A stretch of 64,000 nt of DNA from a bacterium (GTDB lineage Bacteria; Krumholzibacteriota; Krumholzibacteriia; LZORAL124-64-63). The translations under genes and the position numbers were made by a program. Under the pieces are notes generated by a model. The model had not been told where the DNA came from and did not search any database. It saw only the letters and a list, made by a program, of their open reading frames with translations. Numbering within the stretch: position 1 is the stretch's first letter; each line of letters opens with the position of its first letter. Shown here piece after piece: positions 58,543 through 64,000 of the stretch. The DNA lies in contig JANOEP010000016.1 of the NCBI GenBank assembly GCA_031441465.1, forward strand, positions 64,001-128,000. Direction: 5' to 3'.

Positions 58543-59390
58543 ACGCCACGTCCCCAGAGTCCCCGCTTTCGGCGCTGCCGTTCGCCGCGCCCCGTCCCCG
58601 CGCCGTCGACCGACCCGGCGACCCCGAGGGATCCGTGCCGCCGAAGATCTCGGTCCGCGGCTTGAACTTCTACTACGGCAAACAGCAGGCCCTCTTCGGC
58701 AACGACCTCGACGTCGCGACCAACCGCGTGACCGCGGTCATCGGCCCCTCCGGCTGCGGCAAGTCGACGCACCTGCGCGTCTACAACCGCATCTACCAGC
58801 TCTACCGCGACCAGCGCGCCGAGGGGAGCGTCGTGCTCGACGGCGAGGACCTGCTGTCGCCGACCACCGACCTCATCGAACTGCGGCGCAAGGTCGGCAT
58901 GATCTTCCAGAAGCCGACGCCCTTCCCCATGAGCGTCTACGAAAATGTGGCCTACGGCCTGAAGCTGCACTACAGTCTGTCGAAGAGCGGGCTGGCCGAG
59001 GCCGTCGAGAAGGCCCTGCGCGGCGCCGCGCTCTGGGACGAGGTCAAGGATGCGCTCGATCGCCCGGGCACGGCACTCTCCGGCGGCCAGCAGCAGCGGC
59101 TCTGCATCGCACGCGCGATCGCGGTGCGCCCCGAGGTGCTGCTCATGGACGAACCCACTTCGGCCATCGACCCGGTCGCCACGGCCAAGATCGAGGACCT
59201 GATCGAGGAGCTGAAACGGGAGTTCACGATCGTCATCGTGACGCACAACATGCAGCAGGCGGCGCGCGTCTCGGACTACACGGCCTTCTTCTTCGAGGGC
59301 CGCATCGTCGAGTTCGGGGCCACGCAGCAGATCTTCACGAAGCCGGTGCACCGCCAGACCGAGGATTACATCACGGGCCGGTTCGGGTAG
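58539..59390 (+). CDS. pstB: Phosphate ABC transporter ATPase
   Basis: [43 protein letters not shown]. Confidence 0.97.
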   Translation: MNATSPESPLSALPFAAPRPRAVDRPGDPEGSVPPKISVRGLNFYYGKQQALFGNDLDVATNRVTAVIGPSGCGKSTHLRVYNRIYQLYRDQRAEGSVVLDGEDLLSPTTDLIELRRKVGMIFQKPTPFPMSVYENVAYGLKLHYSLSKSGLAEAVEKALRGAALWDEVKDALDRPGTALSGGQQQRLCIARAIAVRPEVLLMDEPTSAIDPVATAKIEDLIEELKREFTIVIVTHNMQQAARVSDYTAFFFEGRIVEFGATQQIFTKPVHRQTEDYITGRFG

Positions 59391-59406
59391 CCCGGGGGAG
59401 TGGAGC

Positions 59407-60114
59407 ATGTCCGTTCATCTCAGACGCGCGATCGAGCAGCTCAAGGAACAGGTGCTGGCCCTCAGCGCGACGGTCGAAGAAGCCGTCTGGCTGGCGGTGC
59501 GCGCCGTGCAGGAGCACGACCCGGCCCTGGCCCGCAGCGTGCTGGCGGGCGACCGCGCCATCGACGAGTGCGAGGTGCGGGTCGAGGAGGAGTGCCTGAA
59601 GATCCTGGCGCTGCACCAGCCGGTGGCCAGCGACCTGCGCTTCCTGGTGACGGTCCTGAAGATCACCAACGACCTCGAGCGCATCGGCGACCTCGCCGTG
59701 AACATCGCGGAACGCGCCATCTACCTGGCGTCCCGCGAGGAAGCGCCGACCACCTTCGACTTCGTGGGCATGGCGACCCGGACGCAGGAGATGCTGCACA
59801 CCGCGCTGGACGCCCTGGTCAACGTCGACCCGGTGCGTGCACGGGACGTCTGCGCCATGGACGACGAGGTCGACGCCATCAACCGCGGGATGTACGGGCA
59901 GGTGCAGGCGGGGATCCGCGAGCGCCCCGCGCAGGCGGACTTCTACCTCCAGCAGCTATCCATCTCCCGACAGCTCGAGCGCATCGCCGACCACGCGACG
60001 AACATCGCCGAGGACGTCATCTACATGTCCGAGGGGAGGGTCGTGCGGCACCACGTCGAGGAATTCCGCGTGCCGGAAAGGGGCGCGGCTCCGGAGCCGC
60101 CCGCCGCCGATTGA
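59407..60114 (+). CDS. phoU: Phosphate signalling protein PhoU
   Basis: QPVASDLR, DLERIGDLAVNIA, LERIADHATNIAEDV. Confidence 0.95.
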   Translation: MSVHLRRAIEQLKEQVLALSATVEEAVWLAVRAVQEHDPALARSVLAGDRAIDECEVRVEEECLKILALHQPVASDLRFLVTVLKITNDLERIGDLAVNIAERAIYLASREEAPTTFDFVGMATRTQEMLHTALDALVNVDPVRARDVCAMDDEVDAINRGMYGQVQAGIRERPAQADFYLQQLSISRQLERIADHATNIAEDVIYMSEGRVVRHHVEEFRVPERGAAPEPPAAD

Positions 60115-60271
60115 GCGCGGCCGGGCACCCCGCCCGCGAGCCCCCGGACCCCCGCCCTGTACGAACCCGGACGGATGTGCTAGCTTCCCGCCCGCGCGCA
60201 CCCGCACCGGCGCCTGCTGGTTGGCGCGCAACCGGTCGGCGTCCGGAATCGGCGCGGCATTCCCGGCGGTG

Positions 60272-62011
60272 ATGATGACCCACAAGACAACCGTGCTGGT
60301 GTTGCTCGCAACGCTGGCTTCCGCGCCGGCGCTCGGCGCCGAAGACGCGTCGCGGGGCGGGCGCGTCGGCGACCGGCTGCGGCAGCGGCTCGAGGCGGTC
60401 CCGGCGGGGTCGGTCGTGACGGCGCTCGGCGAGCCCCTGCACCGCGGCGATCTCGTTCTGCGCTTCTACCAGGGCCGCGACTACGCTCCAGCCTGGACCG
60501 GCGACCGCGGCCCCCTGGCCGTGGCCGATTCGCTGGGCGCGGCGCTCGCCGGCCTCGACGCCGACGGCCTGCAGCTCCGCGACTACCATCCCGACGCGCT
60601 CGCCCAGGGCCTCGCCCGCCTGCACGACCGACGGTGGTGGCGAACCAGCCCCGATCCGGGAGATCTCGCCGAACTCGATCTGCTGGCGACCGACGCCTAC
60701 CTGCTCGCCGCGACCCAATGCCTGGGCGGCCGCTTGGACCCGCGAGCCTTCGACCCCGACTGGATCGCCGAGCGCCGCTCCGCCGACGTGGTCGCGGTGC
60801 TGTCGGGAGCCCTGGCCGCCGACGAGATCGGCGGCTCGCTACACCGGTTGCTGCCCGCGCAGCCCGAGTACGCCCGGCTGCGGCGCGCGTTCGCGCAGCA
60901 CCGTGCCCTCGCCACGGTGGGCGCCTGGCCGGTCGTGCCGGCCGGCGACAAGCTCGAGCCCGGCGATCTCGACTCCCGCGTGCCCTTGCTGCGGGCGCGC
61001 CTCGCGGCCGCGGGCGACCTCGCCCCGGGCAGCGCCCTGAGTCCCGACCCCGAGTACTACGACGAGGACCTCGCCGCCGCGGTCCGCCGGTTCCAGACCC
61101 GATTCGGTCTCGATCAGGACGGGGTGATCGGCCAGGCCACGCAGGCCGAACTCGGCGCTTCGGTCGAGGACCGCATCCGGCAGATCCGGGTGAATCTCGA
61201 GCGCTGGCGCTGGTTGCCGGCGGATCTCGGCCACCGTCGCGTCGAGGTCAACATCCCCGATTATCGGCTCCAGGTGCTCCACGGAGACAGCGTGGTGCTC
61301 GCCATGCCCGTCATCGTCGGCCTCCCGACGCGGCGCACGCCGGTCTTCAGCGCGAAGCTGAACTCGCTGGTGTTCAGTCCCGACTGGGAGGTCCCGCCCA
61401 AGCTCGCGATCGAGGACAAGCTCCCGCTGATCCAGCAGGATCCCGGCTACCTCCAGGAATTCGGCTTCGAGGTGATCGCGGGCTGGGGGGAGAAGGCGAC
61501 GGTGGTCGACCCCGCCGGTGTGGAGTGGGGCAACGTGCCGGCCGGCAGTTTCCCGTACCGACTGCGCCAGCTGCCGGGCCCGCTCAACGCGCTCGGGCTG
61601 GTGAAGTTCAACTTGCCGAACCGCTTCAACGTGTACCTGCACGACACGGCGAATCGGGGTCTCTTCGCGCGGGCGAAGCGCGCCTTCAGCGCCGGCTGCG
61701 TCCGCATCCAGAAGCCCGAGGAATTCGCGGTCTACCTGCTGACCGGCGACGTTCGTTGGCCGCGCTCGCGCATCGCCGAGGCCATGGCTTCGGGCCGCGA
61801 GCAGGCCGTGCGCCTGCCCGCGCCGATCCCGATCCACCTGCTGTACTGGACGGCGTGGGTCGACCGGCAGGGGTCGATCGTCTTCCGCCCCGACATCTAC
61901 CAGATCGACAACCTGACCGCGGCGGCCCTCGAGGCTCCCTACCAGTGGATCGTGGAGCTGAAGCCGCCCCCGGACAACGCCGTTCCCAAGGACGTGATCG
62001 CCGTCCCGTAG
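60272..62011 (+). CDS. Murein L,D-transpeptidase, YcbB/LdtD type
   Basis: Signal peptide; PG-binding AVRRFQ..GL..DG; NLERWRW, VNIP, NALGLVKF, YLHDT, SAGCVR. Confidence 0.9.
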   Translation: MMTHKTTVLVLLATLASAPALGAEDASRGGRVGDRLRQRLEAVPAGSVVTALGEPLHRGDLVLRFYQGRDYAPAWTGDRGPLAVADSLGAALAGLDADGLQLRDYHPDALAQGLARLHDRRWWRTSPDPGDLAELDLLATDAYLLAATQCLGGRLDPRAFDPDWIAERRSADVVAVLSGALAADEIGGSLHRLLPAQPEYARLRRAFAQHRALATVGAWPVVPAGDKLEPGDLDSRVPLLRARLAAAGDLAPGSALSPDPEYYDEDLAAAVRRFQTRFGLDQDGVIGQATQAELGASVEDRIRQIRVNLERWRWLPADLGHRRVEVNIPDYRLQVLHGDSVVLAMPVIVGLPTRRTPVFSAKLNSLVFSPDWEVPPKLAIEDKLPLIQQDPGYLQEFGFEVIAGWGEKATVVDPAGVEWGNVPAGSFPYRLRQLPGPLNALGLVKFNLPNRFNVYLHDTANRGLFARAKRAFSAGCVRIQKPEEFAVYLLTGDVRWPRSRIAEAMASGREQAVRLPAPIPIHLLYWTAWVDRQGSIVFRPDIYQIDNLTAAALEAPYQWIVELKPPPDNAVPKDVIAVP

Positions 62012-62012
62012 G

Positions 62013-63383
62013 CTAGGTCTCGCGGCTCCGTCCGTCGCTGCCCAGCAGGACGGCGACCGCCAGCGTCGCCGTGATCAGCGGCGCCGTCCGGTTGCCGAGT
62101 CCCGTCTCGGCCAGACCCACCAGCAACAGCCCGACCAATCCGGCGGCGACCCCCCAGGCCACCGACGTCCGGGACAACCCGGCGTCGCCTGCGACGGCGC
62201 CGACCGCGGGGCGCCGTGCCGTCCGCCAGGCCGCGACCGCGGCGGCGACCAGGGAGGCCAGGGCGAGCAGCGCCGCGGGTAGGCCCAGGCGCCGCGCCAG
62301 CTCCAGGGGGATGCTGGGGGCGAAGGCCTCGGCGCCCTCGCCGGTCAGCGGGTGCGCGGCGATCGCGCCGAACGATTCGCGCCAGGCCGGCACGCGCGTG
62401 GAGAAGAAGTCCCCGGCCAGGGAAGCCCGCAGCTTGTAGGCGAAGGAGTCGCCCGCCAACTCGGGCCGCAGCACGAGCACGATCGCGACGGCGCCCAGCG
62501 CCGCCAGCGCGATCAGCGGTGCGCGCAGACGCCGCCGGTCGCCGGTCAGGGCCGTCGCGATGACGAGGACCGCCGCGGTCGCCGCCAGGCTGCCCATCGC
62601 GCCGCGCGAGGCGGTCAGGGGCAGGCAGGCCGCGGCCGCGAGCCAGGCGAGGGCGCCGGCCAGGCGCCAGCGGCGGCCGGAATCGCCGAGCCAGAGGGCC
62701 AGGCCCAGCGGCGCGAAGAACGCCAGGTGCACGGCCAGGCCCACCGAGCCGCGGTAGAAGGAGCCCGGCTCCTCGTCCGACTTGCCGGCGATCGCCAGCA
62801 GAAACTCCGCGATACCCCCCACCGCCAGCAGGACCACCGCTCCCAACGTGGCGGCCGTCCACCAGACCGGCAGTCCGGGCTGTCGGTCGCCGTCGTCGGT
62901 CAGCAGCAGCGGGATGCACCCGGCCAGCCAAAGCAGGCGGACGCCCCGCAGCCAGGTCGCACTCGCGGGGCCGCCGCCCGGTCCGGCCGCCAGGGCGACG
63001 AAGCCGAACGTGGCTACCAAGCCGACCGCGGCGAAGGCGAGCCACAGCAGGATCGCCGGTGCCGGCCGGACCCAGGGACGCGGCGCGAGCGCGCGGCGCG
63101 CCAGCCACCAGGCCGCCGCGGCGAGCAGCACGACCTCGGTGGCGTAGATCTCGCGACCAGGGGTCAGGAAGAAGAAGTCGAGCAGGGGGCCGACCGGGAT
63201 GATCGCCGCGACCGGCAGGCGCGGCCGCGGCTGTGCGAACCAGGCCAGCGCGCCGACGCCGAGCAGCAGCAGCGGCAGCCTTCCCGACGAGGTTGCGCCC
63301 GCGCCGGCCAGCGCACCGACCAGCAGGGCCAGGCAGAGCAGGGCGCCGAGCGTCGCGGGCGCCACGCGCAGGATGCGGCTCAC
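62013..63383 (-). CDS. O-antigen ligase/polymerase-family membrane protein
   Basis: Many TM helices; TASRGA, R..AW...HPLTGEG, LELARRLG. Confidence 0.7.
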   Translation of the reverse strand: MSRILRVAPATLGALLCLALLVGALAGAGATSSGRLPLLLLGVGALAWFAQPRPRLPVAAIIPVGPLLDFFFLTPGREIYATEVVLLAAAAWWLARRALAPRPWVRPAPAILLWLAFAAVGLVATFGFVALAAGPGGGPASATWLRGVRLLWLAGCIPLLLTDDGDRQPGLPVWWTAATLGAVVLLAVGGIAEFLLAIAGKSDEEPGSFYRGSVGLAVHLAFFAPLGLALWLGDSGRRWRLAGALAWLAAAACLPLTASRGAMGSLAATAAVLVIATALTGDRRRLRAPLIALAALGAVAIVLVLRPELAGDSFAYKLRASLAGDFFSTRVPAWRESFGAIAAHPLTGEGAEAFAPSIPLELARRLGLPAALLALASLVAAAVAAWRTARRPAVGAVAGDAGLSRTSVAWGVAAGLVGLLLVGLAETGLGNRTAPLITATLAVAVLLGSDGRSRET

Positions 63384-63766
63384 GGCGTCACCTCCCGGTC
63401 CCGGTCCTGATCCCCGTCACGCGGCGGCGATCCTCGGCGGCGCGGTGGGAAGCGCCGGGCCAGGTAGCAGCCCAGGGCCAGGCCCACGAGACCGGCGGTG
63501 ACGTCCAGGGCCAGGTCGACGCCGGGCGGCCGGATGTACTCGACGCGCGTCTTGGCGAAGACGTCGAACAGCTCCTTGCCCGCGATCAGGGCGACGGCCA
63601 GCAGCACGACCCGCCGCAGCGGCAGCACGCGCGAGGCGCCCCAGGCGATCGCGGCCGCGAAGACCAGGTGGAAGAACCAGTCCACCGGCACGCCCAGCAC
63701 GCGCATCTTGCTGAAGAATTCCAGTCCGCCGCGGATCTCCCGCAGTACATCCAGGACCTGCTCCAT
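63380..63766 (-). CDS. Small membrane protein (VanZ-like)
   Basis: GGAGG RBS; DWFFH...KELFD...DLALD pattern; GTGA overlap with downstream gene. Confidence 0.6.
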   Translation of the reverse strand: MEQVLDVLREIRGGLEFFSKMRVLGVPVDWFFHLVFAAAIAWGASRVLPLRRVVLLAVALIAGKELFDVFAKTRVEYIRPPGVDLALDVTAGLVGLALGCYLARRFPPRRRGSPPRDGDQDRDREVTP

Positions 63767-64000
63767 GCCTCGACCCTCCCGGGTTGGGTCGGCGCGCCCG
63801 ACCGGCGGGCATGATAGCAGCGATCCCGACGTCACGACAGTCCCGAACCAGCCCCGACCCGTCCCGGACAAATCCGCGGTCGACCTCCGAAAAGGCTGTT
63901 GACTTTCCCACACACGCATATAGTTTGACGCAACTCGCGAGGGTGTCGCCGGGATCGGCGTCCACCGGGATCGCGGGTCCGTGCTCGTGCCCAGGGAGGG

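Overview
High-GC bacterial genomic window, probably from a diderm FCB-group candidate phylum such as Krumholzibacteriota/Latescibacterota. This is inferred from five secreted proteins with C-terminal FlgD-Ig/'PNPFN' domains and three with a short 'SWxxIKxLY' tail. The core (about 9.9-26.9 kb, plus a satellite at 34.3-37.2 kb) is a beta-1,3-glucan (laminarin-type) utilisation system. It contains GH17, three GH16-type enzymes, a GH149-type beta-1,3-glucan phosphorylase, a GH1, a lipoprotein with putative binding modules, several uncharacterised secreted proteins, a ROK repressor, and a 1065-aa GH-A TIM-barrel fused to what looks like an outer-membrane beta-barrel. No SusC/SusD or TonB-dependent transporter is visible. 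Six copies of a 23-bp palindrome (CTTTGTTCGG-N3-CCGAACAWAG) sit at the upstream regions of these transcription units and define a candidate ROK regulon. The rest of the window holds a lysyl-endopeptidase-like protease, RlmI, two xanthine-dehydrogenase-family clusters flanking the glucan block, surface-glycan enzymes, an AAA+/DUF4143 ATPase, a photolyase, a CDF transporter, a hybrid histidine kinase, pstSCAB-phoU and an L,D-transpeptidase. Two small ORFs not called as such in the ORF track and a 148-bp inverted-repeat element are also present. No rRNA, tRNA, CRISPR array or transposase was seen. All family assignments come from motif recognition by eye, not database searches.
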